A stretch of DNA of 64,000 bases from Octopus vulgaris. Taxonomy: Eukaryota. The notes under the pieces are model-generated. The model did not search any database. It was not told the origin of the DNA and was given only the letters and a program-made list of their open reading frames with translations. Below are positions 14,791 to 27,330 of this stretch, piece after piece. The stretch covers positions 26,412,001 through 26,476,000 of the forward strand of contig OX597821.1 of NCBI GenBank assembly GCA_951406725.2. The letters are read 5' to 3'. The number at the start of each line of letters is the position of its first letter. The first letter of the stretch is position 1. The position numbers were made by a program, and so were the translations under genes.

Positions 14791-14918
14791 AATCACTTAC
14801 ATCTGTTTCAGCCTATGGAAAAAAGTAATTTTTTGTGCCTATACATGTCAATTATATTGAGGTTGTAGGCAGTTAAAATTGAGGTACTTATATATATCCA
14901 TAGGCCTCGTCAGAGATT
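14791..14918 (-). ncRNA. Type I hammerhead ribozyme fold with extended stem II (Penelope pLTR type)
   Basis: Minus: aatct-CUGACGA-ggcctatgga..~80 nt..tccataggct-GAAA-cagatg-UA-agtgatt. Confidence 0.7.
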
Positions 14919-15024
14919 ATAAAGTACTTTCAAAATATAAATATATACATGAAACAAGATACACGTACAATTTAATATATATATAAATATATATCCATAT
15001 ATACATACATACATACATACATAC

Positions 15025-15097
<73 letters not shown>

Positions 15098-15370
15098 AGC
15101 AAATATATACACCTATACATGTACATATATACATAAATAGGCACAATTAAATATATGTGCAAGCATATAGACAATTAATTATATATATATATATATATAC
15201 ATATATAAGGAACATACATATGCATCCATATCCATGAGTACACACACACACACACACACACAAAATATATGTAAAAGGGGAAATTGGAATTTTTTGTATC
15301 ATTTATTTACCATTAAACGGGTTTCATTTGGTAACAGGAATTTCAAGTTTTACATGTTAGATAGACATAT

Positions 15371-15534
15371 AGGCGCAGGAGTGGCTGTGTGGTAAGTAGC
15401 TTGCTAACCAACCACATGGTTCTGGGTTCAGTCCCACTGCGTGGCATCTTGGGCAAGTGTCTTCTGCTATAGCCCCGGGCCGACCAATGCCTTGTGAGTG
15501 GATTTGGTAGACGGAAACTAAAAGAAGCCTGTCG

Positions 15535-15622
<88 letters not shown>

Positions 15623-15815
15623 TGTGTTTGTGTGTGTGTGTTTGTCCCCCTAGCATTGCTTGACACCCGATGCTGGTGTTTTTACGTCCCCGTCACATAG
15701 CGGTTCGACAAAAGAGACCGATAGAATGGGCTTACAAAAAATAAGTCCCGGGGTCGATTTGCTCGACTAAAGGCGGTGCTCAAATGACTGAAACAAGTAA
15801 AAGAGTAAAAGAGAG
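15371..15815 (+). mobile_element. SINE family B, near full length
   Basis: A box tggctgtgtggt, B box gggttcagtccc, ttgggcaagtgtctt, internal (TA)n(TG)n, tail ...gactgaaacaagtaaaagag. Confidence 0.9.
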
Positions 15816-16709
15816 TAATATAAGGAATTTTCTATTAGAAATCCTTCAGACAGAGAATTTAATGAAATAATCAATTTAACTTCAAGAGGAAACAACTGGG
15901 ATTTGCTCTTTCTACCTACATAATGTGTGTGTGTGTCTGCGTGCGCGTACGCGTGTGTGTATCAACTTTGCCTTTCATCCTTTTGGGGTCGATACAATAA
16001 ATACCAGTGATGTACTGGGGTCAACGCAGTCGGCGATTCCTCCCCCAAATATCAGGCTTGTATCTTATGTTAGGAATAAAAAAAGTCTAAAGAAAAAACA
16101 AAATGAATCAGACGGGATTTTGGGTGGCCAACGGGCAGAATCGTTGGAGCGTCGGATCGACTGCTTCTTCACGATATTTGTTCAGACATTTTGTGCTCTA
16201 AGTTTAAATCGTATCAAAGTAAACTTCACCTTTCGTCCTGTCGAGGGTCGGTAAAGAAATGAACCAAATCTGATGTGGATCATTAGCGGGAGTGTAAGAA
16301 GAGTGGATTCCAAGAGCTGCAGTATTTGTTCAGGTTCATTGATTTCTCAGTTCTTATCTATTCCAGCTTTGCCAACTCGTGCGATTGAATTAACACGTCA
16401 CCCGGTTTAACTCCGCCATTCAGTACCTTGGGTGCCTTTAGTAGAGTTTGATCTGTTGCAAGATTTCGAGCTACATATCCGGTTCGGGGATCCCTCCCCC
16501 CATTTCCAGCAGTTTTGGAAGTCCTTTAAAGGGCCGTAGATACTGACTTTCCCCTTGAGAGAAAAAAAGTACCTTTTTGAAGCAAAACTTACTGTGTAAA
16601 TTAAAAAGAAACTCCAGAAACTATGCTGTTTTAGCGCTTGTGTTATAGTTGTTTCGCCTTTCAGTTTTGTATGTGTAATTTACTTTAACATTTGCAACAA
16701 CATTATAAA

Positions 16710-17012
16710 GGGTAAAACGCCCTCCGGTCATTAATGACCACGAGATTGTACCGGCAAGGTTGTTTATAGAAGACCAGCAGTTTCTCCTGCAGCCTACCCT
16801 CCCCACGCTACTGATGTTATCCAAGCGAAAAGGCCAAGGCCGATACAGCTTGGCGCCAGTGACAACACAATGCATTTCTGCCACTAAGTAAACTGGAGCA
16901 ACATGAAATAAAGTGTCTTGCTCAAGAACACAGCACACAGCCAGGTCCAGGAACCGAGCTCGCTAGTTCATGACTGCGAGCCCGACGCTCTAACCACTGA
17001 GCCACGTGCCTT
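16710..17012 (-). mobile_element. tRNA-derived SINE family E (CORE-like centre)
   Basis: Minus: tggctcagtggttagagcgtc...tgttcttgagcaagacactttatttcatgttgctccagt; homologous to 34737-35067. Confidence 0.75.
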
Positions 17013-17334
17013 CATTATATTGGTTTCTTAAAAACTTAAAAGTAACTAATATATATTGACATCATAGGCAGTGTTAATACTGAGAGATAATATTTATCCC
17101 CACTTAAACGTGGGTGTTCTGTTAGAACAAACTATACTGCGGTAGTTACCTTGAGAGAAACTCTCTCGTTGGTTTTTTGTTGCAAAATACACTCAAAAGT
17201 AACTAATACTATGCATGGAAGTCGTTTCATATATTCAACGTGACACTGTACTAGAGTGAATATGATTGTTAAAGCTGCATCAGAAACGCTGGCATTCCTC
17301 TTGAGGACTAGAAAATTCATCTGCTCCGAACACT

Positions 17335-17530
17335 TACTCTTTTACTCTTTGACTTGTTTCAGTCATCTGACCGTGGCCATGCTGGAGCACCGCCTTTAGT
17401 CGAGCAAATCGACCCCAGGACTTATTCTTTGTAAGCCTAGTACTTATTCTATCGGTCTCTTTTGCCGAACCGCTAAGTTACGGGGACGTAAACACACCAG
17501 CATCGATTGTCAAGCGATGCTAGAGGAACA

Positions 17531-17623
<93 letters not shown>

Positions 17624-17816
17624 ACACACACGCACATACATATGCATATACACGGCGGGCTTGTTTTAGTTTCCGTCTACCAAATCCACTCACAAGGCAT
17701 TGGTCGGCCTGAGGCTATAGTAGAAGACACTTGCCCAAGATTCCACGCAGTGGGACTGAACCCGGAACCATGTGGTTGCTAAGCAAGCTACTTACCACCA
17801 ACCACTCCCGCGCCTA
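17335..17816 (-). mobile_element. SINE family B, full length
   Basis: Reverse complement of 15371-15815 consensus with (CA)n centre. Confidence 0.9.
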
Positions 17817-18074
17817 TGATTGTTAATGGTCCGCAAAGCTCCAGTGATACCCCCAACGGAATACTACTGTAACTCTATTCTTGCTACACACAAAACCATC
17901 CCAGGCCGGTGATGGTGGTGATGGTGGTGGTAGTGAAAATAAGGATTGAAAAGGAAGCAACCAAAACTTGCCATTTTTAATAATTAGATGGATTTAAACT
18001 TTCCAAATTTAACCAGCACCATGGCGAAGAATGAAGAATTGTCTATGCCGCAAGCCATAATTTGAAATGGAAAG

Positions 18075-18630
18075 ATGGCAGCTTCATTAGCACTTCGGAC
18101 AAAATACTTGCATTTCTTTCGGCTCTTTACGTTCTAAGTTCAAATTTCACCGAGCTCAACTTTGTCCTTCATCCTTTGGAGGTTGATAAAATATGTACCA
18201 GCTATTCTATCGGATCTTTTACCGAACCGCTAAGTTACGGGGACGTAAACGCACCAGCATCGATTGTCAAGCGATGCTGGGGGAACAAACACAGACACAC
18301 AAACACACACACAAACACACACACATACACACACACACGCACATACATATCGAAAATTGCTGGCCTTGTGACAAAATTAGAAGGAATTTATAAAAGAGGT
18401 GAGAAGCTGGCAGAATCGTCAGCGCATCGAGTTCGAATCCCGCTGAGGTCATCTTTGTCTTTCGTCCTTTCAGTCAAGTAATGGTGTACTTATTTTTGGC
18501 ATCAAGTTGATTACACTAAGTATTTGTGTACTGAGGTTTGCATTAAGTCGATTACGTCAAGTGCACCTGTACTTCATATAATCAACTTACTTTATCCTCT
18601 CAAAAGCGACTGGCCCTGTGCCAGAATTAC
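18075..18630. mobile_element. Cluster of old SINE A and B fragments
   Basis: tctttacgttctaagttcaaatt...cttcatcctttgg; ctatcggatcttttaccgaaccgctaagttacggggac; ggtgagaagctggcagaatcg. Confidence 0.65.
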
Positions 18631-19305
18631 GAAAAATTCATAAAGCGGAGGGAAGAGCGCCAGTAATATTTTTGGAGGCGTGGCTGGTATTTGTCGCTTT
18701 GAGAACCACTTTCCTACCCGACATTCAAATGAAATCCACCCGACGGTTTGGCACTCCGCAGCGCAGCACAACTCCTTACCCACTGACGTCTGTTGTCTGC
18801 CCTAACTGCTTGTTTCACCACTAATGTAATGGCCTTTGTTCCTGTGAAATATCTAGTTACATATCATCTCATAATCCCCCAATTTTGCCAGACATCCATA
18901 ACCCCCTATCGTGTCTTGTACAGACCACTTTAGACATAGCCTCTCTCTCCTCTGAACTGCAACTTTTCCGGAGAACCTTTTTCCGTGACGGTGCCCTCAA
19001 AAAAGATATTCAAACTGAATATAAATGGCACAAATTATTGCAAGGAACCTGTGAATACGCGAGCCGTTATCTTTGTTTTTTTGTCTTCACTCAATAAAAG
19101 TTACTGGTAAAAATAAACAAATTAAGTATTTCATTGTAATTGTTTAACAAGTTATCTCCCTTAGATTGCAAATATTATTCGTGGTCGTACTACGAGTCAT
19201 CTCCCTTATAATGCATCTATGAACAGTCTCGTTATTACTTAATCCCACTTTCGGTCTGTTTTATATTACAAATGACATTATCCACAATTATCCTTTTATT
19301 ATCTA

Positions 19306-19672
19306 CTAGCAGTATCGCCCGGCGTTGCTCGGGTTTGTAAGGGAAATAACTATAAAGCATTTCTAGAGAGTTATAACCAAAAAATAGCAAAAAAATGCAT
19401 TAAAAATGAAAAAAAAATGATGGTAAATTTTTTTTTAAATCGTTGACAAATCGTAGACATTTTTAGAGAGTTACTTCCCTTATATAATAGCGAAAAAAGG
19501 CATTAAAATGGAAAAAAATGATGGTAAATTATTTTTAAAATCGTAGACTCATCGTAGACGCGCGCTAATACCCAGAAGGGCTCGATATGAATCACGACTA
19601 TAAGATAGTGGGAGTAGTTAGGAATCTAAATCGTAGGAGACAGACACACAACCTCTCTTTTATATATAAAGA
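19306..19672 (-). mobile_element. Non-autonomous Helitron with ~100-bp internal tandem duplication
   Basis: Minus: A|TCtttatatataaaag ... acccgagcaacgccgggc (hairpin) gatactgCTAG|T. Confidence 0.8.
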
Positions 19673-19674
19673 TA

Positions 19675-20310
19675 GGCGCAGGCGTGGCCGTGTGGTAGTA
19701 AGAAGTTTGCTTCTCAACCGCACGGTTCTGCATTCCCATTGCGTAACAACTTGGGCAAGCGTTTTCTACGACAGCCTTCGACCGACCAAAGTTTTGTGAA
19801 TGGATTTAGTAGACGGAAACTGTAAGAAGCCCGTCGTATGTATATCTACATATGTGTGTGTGTGTGTGCGAGTTTGTCCCTCACTACCTATTTCTTTACT
19901 ACCCACAAGGGGCTAAACACAGAGAGGACAAACAAGGACAGACTAACGGATTAAGTCAATTACATCGACCCCAGCGCGTAACTGGTACTTATTTAATCGA
20001 CCCCGAAAGGATGAAAGGCAAAGTCGACCTCGGCGGAATTTGAACTCAGAACGTAACGGCAGACGAAATACGGCTACGCATTTCGCCCGGCGTGCTAACG
20101 TTTCTGACAGCTCGCCGCTTAACAACCAGTTTTGGTGTGTTTACGTCCCCGTAACTAAGCAGTTTGGCAAAAGTGACCAATTAAATAAGTACCAAGTTTA
20201 ACAAAAATAAAAAAAGAAAGAAACAAAAAAAAAACGAAAATAAAAAAAACAACAAAAACAAAGCAAAAAACCGCTGGGGTCGATTCATTTGACTAAAAAG
20301 ACTTCAAGGC
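19675..20310 (+). mobile_element. SINE family B with nested antisense SINE A (19889-20118)
   Basis: B head ggcgcaggcgtggccgtgtggt, A copy inside, B tail resumes at aacaaccagttttggtgtgtttacgtcccc. Confidence 0.85.
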
Positions 20311-20922
20311 CCCAGCTTTGAGACAATCGATTATGATTCATAGGATATTTGGTCGTTCTTTCTCGCACGTGAAAGCTCTCCTCGTTGGTTCCTTAACACT
20401 GAAGTTTGTGTTGCAAATAATCGTTTAATATGCGTGATATTTGTGTTTGGTGCTACTCTTGTCATTATGGTTTTCACACTGGAAATGGATTTTAAAGAAT
20501 ACATGAACACGCAGTCAAATATACAACGTACCAGGGGAATTTTAAAGTTCCCGTATAAAATTCGTTAAGACAGCACAAAACGTCTCGAAGTTTTCGGTAT
20601 GAAAAATGTAATTCAACAATAAATTACAATATTTCAGTGAGGGCACGTGGCCCACTTAATATACAACGCACCAGGAAATATCAGAGTACCCGTATAAAAT
20701 TCAGTGAGACAATACAAGACACCCACACTATTACCATGGGTGATCGTACGACTGAAGCGATGGGCCCTCAACGTACTCACATAGGCATCAGCTGATACTT
20801 CAGTGAGACGGGATGTCAACGATAAGAAAAACTTTGTTGTCAGCGACTCAAATCCTCAAACGTCTGGAAGTTTTCGGAATGAAAAATTAAATTCAACAAT
20901 ATTTATAATATTTCAGTATTAC

Positions 20923-21057
20923 TTCGTCTGTCTTTACGTTCTGAGTTCAAATTCCTCCGAAGTCGACTTTGCCTTTCATCCTTTCGGCGTACTGGGGTCG
21001 ATCTAATCGACTGCCCCACCTCTTCAAATTTCGGGTCTTGTACCTAGAGTAGAAAAG
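20923..21057 (+). mobile_element. 5'-truncated SINE A (old-tail variant) with 16-bp TSD
   Basis: aatatttcagtattac on both flanks; B box and gactttgcctttcatcc. Confidence 0.8.
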
Positions 21058-21130
21058 AATATTTCAGTATTACATTCTGTTAAGTGAAGACACATAGCCA
21101 AGTCATTAAAGATGTTTGACTAACGATCAC

Positions 21131-21387
21131 TAACGATGGGGTAGAAAGGGCTCCTTAGCCGTAGTGAAAGTAATCTATCTAGGGAGATAACCTTACAATA
21201 AATCACTCGGTCCGTAGCTTAGGTTGACGTCCAGCGGGAACTGCTTTGTTTCATGGAGGAGGAAAGATCTTCTTTAGTACTTGGTTGTACAATGATTTCC
21301 AATGTGTGTAGTAGTGGCGCGCGCACACATTATTAGCCATTTGAAAAGACTATGAAAGTCTCGACCACGGTCGAACAATGATGATGA
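21131..21387 (+). mobile_element. Short retroposon with (ATG)n tail inserted in an old family E SINE (probably RTE-mobilised)
   Basis: aacgatcac duplicated on both sides; ends acaatgatgatg; host SINE resumes gggttcagttc...gcactttatttcacg. Confidence 0.55.
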
Positions 21388-21601
21388 ACGATCACAAGAT
21401 CGTGGGTTCAGTTCTTGGGTCGGGCTGTGGGTTGCGTCTTGGAGGAAAGCACTTTATTTCACGCCACATTAATCTAATCAGTTCTAAATGAGCGATCTAC
21501 TAGGATGAAAATGTGTGCCAAATTTCTCTCAAATCCGGCTGTCACAGCCTAAATATGCCACTGGGTTAAGGGTAACGGGGCCCAGAGGATGTCCATGACT
21601 C

Positions 21602-22032
21602 GGATCTTTTCGGTTTGAACGGCAGTTTTTAACATAATTTCTAGGTAACTAAAATATTTTAAACTTCGTATACTGGTAGAATGTGTTTATAAAACATCTT
21701 TTTCTCTTGGCTTTATTGAGAAAATTCTATAGTTTGTAAGATAATTGTTTTTTTTTTCCTCAATTTCTGCAATTTCAATCAATCAATGACGTCTATTGAG
21801 TTAAAAAGCATTCTGTGCCGTATGAATATGTCCCTCGTTTAAGAAACAGATTGGGTTTATTTACATTTGTGAAGAAAAAAAGATACCCTCCCCCCCTAAC
21901 TCTAACCCTAACCCTAACCCTAACCCTAAAACAGATTGAAATGCAATAGATCGATACTAGGGTCATAATTATGGGTGACAATTTCATATGACACCGCTGC
22001 CGTTCAAACTGCCGTTCAAACCGAAAAGATCC
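21602..22032. mobile_element. MITE with perfect 27-bp TIRs and ~8-bp TSD (Merlin-like), carrying (TAACCC)n
   Basis: ggatcttttcggtttgaacggcagttt ... aaactgccgttcaaaccgaaaagatcc; flanks catgactc / tatgactc. Confidence 0.85.
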
Positions 22033-22584
22033 TATGACTCTAATTTGGACTACATAAGAACAAAATTAGCAAAAACATAGTACTTGATCAATCTATATTC
22101 GTGCACTAATGACAACTTGTTATACTGACAAGTAAACTCCACCACAACCATAGCTTTCACTCATTTTCGCTGTTGTTATCCAGTTACTTTTATAAACTAT
22201 GTACTCTTCATAGGGCTTGTTGTATATTTTGGAAACCAAAAACTAGTTTCCTTTTGCTTTATTTCTACTTTAAACGATAAATACTTTGAATTTTTTCTTG
22301 TTTTGTCTTTATACGTTCTTAGAACATTTTCAGCATTTCTACTTCTTTATATTTCGTTTTTGGATTTGGTTTTGGATTTGGATTTGAGAGACAAGACTAC
22401 TGAAAACGTTGCAACACGCAACGAAAATTTAAGGAAAATAAAAATAAGAAATAAGTGGAAATTTTACCGGTGTGTGTGTTAAATAATAAGGCACTAAAAG
22501 AGAATGACTCTCACCAGACACAACAAATTATACTTCTTTATAGATTTAGACTATGATTAAACATTGATAATTAATGTTACATAC

Positions 22585-23192
22585 CAAGGCCTGCAATTTC
22601 GAGAGGCAGAGGTAATTCGATTAGATTGACCCCAATGTTCACCTGGTAACTATTTTATCGATCCTGAAAGGAACAAAGGCAAAGTCGATCTCGGCGGAAT
22701 TTGAACCCAGACACGCTAACAATTCTGCCAGATCGCCGCCTTATTTTAATTGTGAATATTAAAAGATACTTTTTCTAAATAATAATTAGTTTAAAACACC
22801 AACAAGGACATAAAATAAACATATTCCTATATCAAATATCGAATCCTTATACAGGAACAAGACGAGAAATTTAGTTGGGAGAGGAAATATTATCTTATAT
22901 TGACCTGCAACATTTGGAATGGTAATAATTTTAACGATTCCCGAACAATGAGAAGTGAAGTCAACCTTGGTGAGATTTGGATTGCTTCCATAGTAAATAT
23001 TGATTTCGAATTTTGGCACAAGCCCAGCAATTTCGGGGGAGGGGGTAAGTTGTTTACATCGACCCTAGTGCTCAACTGGCACTTATTTTATCGACCACTC
23101 GGCGAGATTTGAATTCAAAACGTAAAAATCGAACGAAATGCCGCTAAGCATTTTATCATCCAGCGTGTTAACGATTCTGCTGGTTCGTCGCC
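22585..23192 (-). mobile_element. Two old SINE A copies (22585-22741, 23000-23192)
   Basis: aaaggcaaagtcgatctcggcggaatttgaac; cacaagcccagcaatttcggggga old-type tail. Confidence 0.7.
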
Positions 23193-23231
23193 ATTTTCCC
23201 CACTGTAAACATCATAAAAAATTTCAGATAA

Positions 23232-23458
23232 CTTTATTCTTTTACTCTTTTTTCTATTATTTTATTTGTTTCAGTCATTTGACTGCGGCCATGCTGGAGC
23301 ACCGCCTTTAGTCGAGCAAATCGACCCCAGGACTTATTCTTTGTAAGCCTAGTACTTATTCTATCGATCTCTCTTGCCGAACTGCTACGTGACGGGGGAC
23401 GTAAACACACTAGCATCGGTTGTCAAGCGATGTTGGGGGGACAAACACAGACACACAA

Positions 23459-23496
<38 letters not shown>

Positions 23497-23697
23497 ACGC
23501 ACACACACACACATACACATACACACACATACACACGATGGGCTTCTTTCAGCTTCCGTCTACCAAATCCACTCACAAGGTTTTGGTCGGCCCGAGTCTA
23601 TAGTAGAAGACACTTGCCCCAGCTGCCACGCAGTGGGACTGAACCCGGGACCATGTGGTTGGTAAGCAAGCCACTTACCACACAGCCACTCCGTCTA
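23232..23697 (-). mobile_element. SINE family B, full length
   Basis: Consensus match with (CA)n centre. Confidence 0.9.
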
Positions 23698-23835
23698 TTA
23701 TAATTATAAAAAGATTACTCCGTGTAAGTTTATTCTTATTTTCCGTATCAAACATCACTTTAAATACATTTATGTCTATGAATAAAAAAAACAAAAAAAC
23801 TAGCGTTATCACTTCATTGAATATAGATCGTGTTT

Positions 23836-24182
23836 ATGTGGTAAGAAGTTTGCTTCCCAGCCATAAGGGTCCGTGTCACCTTGGCCAAGTGTCTTCTATT
23901 ATATATTTCTTTATTGCCCACAAGGGGCTAAACATAGAGGGGACAAACAAGGACAGACAAAGTGATTAAGTCGATTATATCGACCCAGTGCGAAACTGGT
24001 TCTTTATTGATCGACCCCGAGAGGATGAAAGGCAAAGTCGACCCCGGCGGAATTTGAACTCAGAACGTAACGACAGACGAAATACCGCTAAGCATTTCGT
24101 CCGGCGCGCTAACGTTTCTACCAGCTCGCTTTATAGCCTCGGGCTAACCAGAGCCTTGTGAGTGGATTTTTGTAGATGAAAA
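23836..24182 (+). mobile_element. SINE B head with nested antisense SINE A (23905-24129)
   Basis: ccttggccaagtgtcttctattata|SINE A|ttatagcctcgggctaacc. Confidence 0.8.
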
Positions 24183-24789
24183 CTTCTTACCACATAAACT
24201 CGATAAATTGTACTTAGATTGTTTTCAGCCTTTTCATAATATTTTTCTACTTTCATGAACAACAGTCGTAGATCCTCAAAATTCCTTGTTGGAATCGATG
24301 ATTCGAGAAACAATGCCTAAATTTGGTATCGACACGAAATAAGGATTGCCAGATTCTGCATTAAGGATATTAACATTAACTTGACTCTATGGCGCTTCTT
24401 CAGAAGCGTACCTCTCCAATTAAATCAAATGCAACAAAGAAAAAAGTTGTGAAAATGAAAAAAATATATACAAAATAAGGTATTCTTTCGATATGACTCG
24501 ACAAAATCAAAACACTTAAATTCATCTGTTTCCGTGAAAGCACGTGTCTGTGTCTTGTCAACTGTCAGTTGACGAAATGGGAGGAGGAGAAGAAGGCTAA
24601 TGGGTTGTTCGTGCGTGCTTGTTCTTTGCCTGTGTGTGTGTGCCTGTTCTGTTTTTACGTATATACGAGCAAAACGTCCCCCGTCCAATGGACGGTGCTG
24701 AGTTGTCAAACATTTAAGCCAAATTTTCTCAAAACAACTTGTCCGACCGTTCCATAGGTCTCCCCTTTGAGAAACACTGATTTAACCTA

Positions 24790-25099
24790 AATTTGAGACA
24801 CCAGCAAAAAGAAGAAATAAAGATAGACTTTCTTTCTATTCCAAAGAAAAACGATTTTATTCACACAACGCGTAGTATCGATCGCAGCAGCTGATGTACT
24901 TGAGCGTACAAATGCACGTTCCCACGGCTTTATCGATCGCATTCTCACCTGGTATCGATTTTTGTAATTTTTTTCAAGACTTATACACGCCCTGATACCA
25001 TCGGTATCTACAAATCAAATTTGAGCGCAATCGGATGGAGGATGCCCGAGATCCTGGAAGACACACACAGACAGCCAGAACGGATTTTATATAAAAGAT
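24790..25099 (-). mobile_element. Probable 5' part of a non-autonomous Helitron
   Basis: Ends (plus strand) cacacagacag...ttttatataaaagat like the Helitrons ending at 11078 and 19672; no CTAG end located. Confidence 0.4.
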
Positions 25100-25320
25100 G
25101 TGTTGTGGAATATAGATATAACGAAATTATGCCAGCAATGTCTCATTTTAAACTTGAAGAAAAAAAGCCTTGCATATTTGTTCTTACTTACTTCATGTGT
25201 GTATGTAAAATCCGTCAAGGGAGAGAATTGCTATAACAAGTAATCTCCCTTAGTACATGCAATACTGTGTGTTGTATAAATTTTCGAGTTGGTTAACTTC
25301 TGCTGGAGTTATTCAAAATG

Positions 25321-25704
25321 TGGAGGCGCAATGGCCCAGAGGTTAGGGCAGTGGACTCGCGCTCATAGGATTGCGGTTTCGATTCCCAGACCGGGCGTTG
25401 TGAGTGTTTATTGAGTGAAAACACCTAAAGCTCCACGAGGCTCCGGCAGGGGGTGGTGGTGATCCCTGCTGTACTCTTTCACCACAACTTTCTCTCACTC
25501 TTACTTCCTGTTTCTGTTGTATCTGTATTTCAAGGGGCCGGCCTTGTCACTCTCTGTGTCACGCTGAATATCCCCGAGAACTACGTTAAGGGTACACGTG
25601 TCTGTGGAGTGCTCAGCCACTTACACGTTAATTTCACGAGCAGCTTGTTCCGTTGATTCGGATTAACCGGAACCCTCATCGTCGTAACCGACGGAGTGCT
25701 TCCA
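25321..25704 (+). mobile_element. SINE family C, full length, TSD tattcaaa
   Basis: tggaggcgcaatggcccag...ggagtgcttcca. Confidence 0.9.
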
Positions 25705-25859
25705 CACTATTCAAAGTAAAAATTACGTACCAATAAACTCGACAATCGAAATGTTTTTGCCTTCTAATAGCATTTAACTCGTATATTAGAAACAGATTTC
25801 TAAAATGATGTCTTGACAAGTACTTTGTTTGGTAAATTTTGATTCTTTCACCAGCACGA

Positions 25860-26483
25860 TTTTCATTAAGAAAAAAAAACAAAAAAAACCCGGATTTTTT
25901 GCGTGGAATCGAGTACCCTGACCTCCTAATATGCTGCAAACTTCTTATTTTTGTTTAGAGAAAAAAGAGGGGGCGGGGAACCGAACCCCACCCATCAATG
26001 GAATTTTTTTTTTTTTTCGTTGACTGAATTTCAGTGACCTAGTATGCTACAAAACCCATTTTGGGGTCCGAAAAACGGGGTTGGGAGGGGTGGAGTGGAA
26101 CTCTCGGCAATTTGACCCCCACCTACATTTTCAAATATTTTTTGCTATTTCTTTCTTTACCCATAATTTTTGATAACATTTTGCAAAAATACTTTTTCGA
26201 GAGGTTGAAAATTCAAAGAATTTGAATTAGCGAAAATGCACAGGTTATAGAAGTTAGTGGTACCGAAGTCAGTGGAAAGATAACGAATGATAAACAATTA
26301 TTCCAAAAAAAAAAAAAAAAATACACGTTGGTTTGTGTATGTGCATTAGACAAGTAAAATATATTAAAAACAAAAATATCTTTTTCATACCTTTTAAAAT
26401 CACTGGATATAATATATCTAATAATCCTGAATATAGATTTTTTTCCTTTGCAATTTTTGGCACCGAAATGTTTCCTTTTTGTG

Positions 26484-26555
<72 letters not shown>

Positions 26556-27070
26556 AAGAGAGAGTGAGTGGGTGACGAAGTTTACTTAAACATTGAATGG
26601 GTAACAATCTATCATAATTATATATATCATTATACATCATCATCATCATCATCGTTTAATGTCTTTTCTATGCTGGCATGGGTTGGACGGTTTGACTGAG
26701 GACTGGCAAGCCAGGAGGCCGCAATGACAGTGTAGTCTGTTCTGGCAAGGTTTCTATAGATGGATGCCCTTCCAAACGCCAACCACTCCGAGAGTGTAGT
26801 GGGTGCTTTCCAAATGTGACTTCACTGGCATCGATCACGCTCGAATGGTCAGCACTGGCATCGGCCGCACCAGTCCGGTTTTCCCACGCCCCCTTTTTTG
26901 TTGCATATTAGGTCAGAGTACTTGATTCCATGCAAAAAAAAAATTCGAGTTTTTTTTCTTAGTAAAAATATGCAGGTGAAAAGATCAATGGGGTGGGGGT
27001 GGGGTGAAATTTACGTGGCTTCCACCTCAACTCACCCAACCCCGTTTTTCGGAATATGGGAGGCTCCAGT
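25860..27070. mobile_element. Diverged inverted sub-repeats, probable old DNA transposon
   Basis: ttttttgcgtggaatcgagtaccctgacc..taatatgc (25894) inverted vs gcatattaggtcagagtacttgattccatgc (26903); ccgaaaaacggggttggg (26068) vs cccaaccccgtttttcgg (27035). Confidence 0.45.
26635..26870 (-). mobile_element. RTE LINE 3' UTR with (ATG)n tail
   Basis: (cat)n-cgtttaatgtc...gctggcatgggttggacggtttgac...ggatgcccttcc; same as 28370 and 36390 copies. Confidence 0.75.
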
Positions 27071-27299
27071 TCCCCCTTTTTCTCCCAACAAAAGCAAGGG
27101 TTTGCAGCAATATTTAATATCTTCAAATTGGAGACCCCATTCAAGTGCTTGTAACAGAATGGACTCAAGCGAGGGTACGAAGGCGGTGTTGAATCAGGTG
27201 ATAGAGATTAAATTGAAGCCTAACAATTCTGGCAATCCACTATCCTGGGCTGGATCTACATTTATCGATCTTGGAACGACGTCTCCAATTCGATGATAA

Positions 27300-27330
<31 letters not shown>

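Noticed and set aside
21895-21927. Chromosome end or telomere fusion
   Set aside because: Only a few TAACCC units, internal to a TIR element
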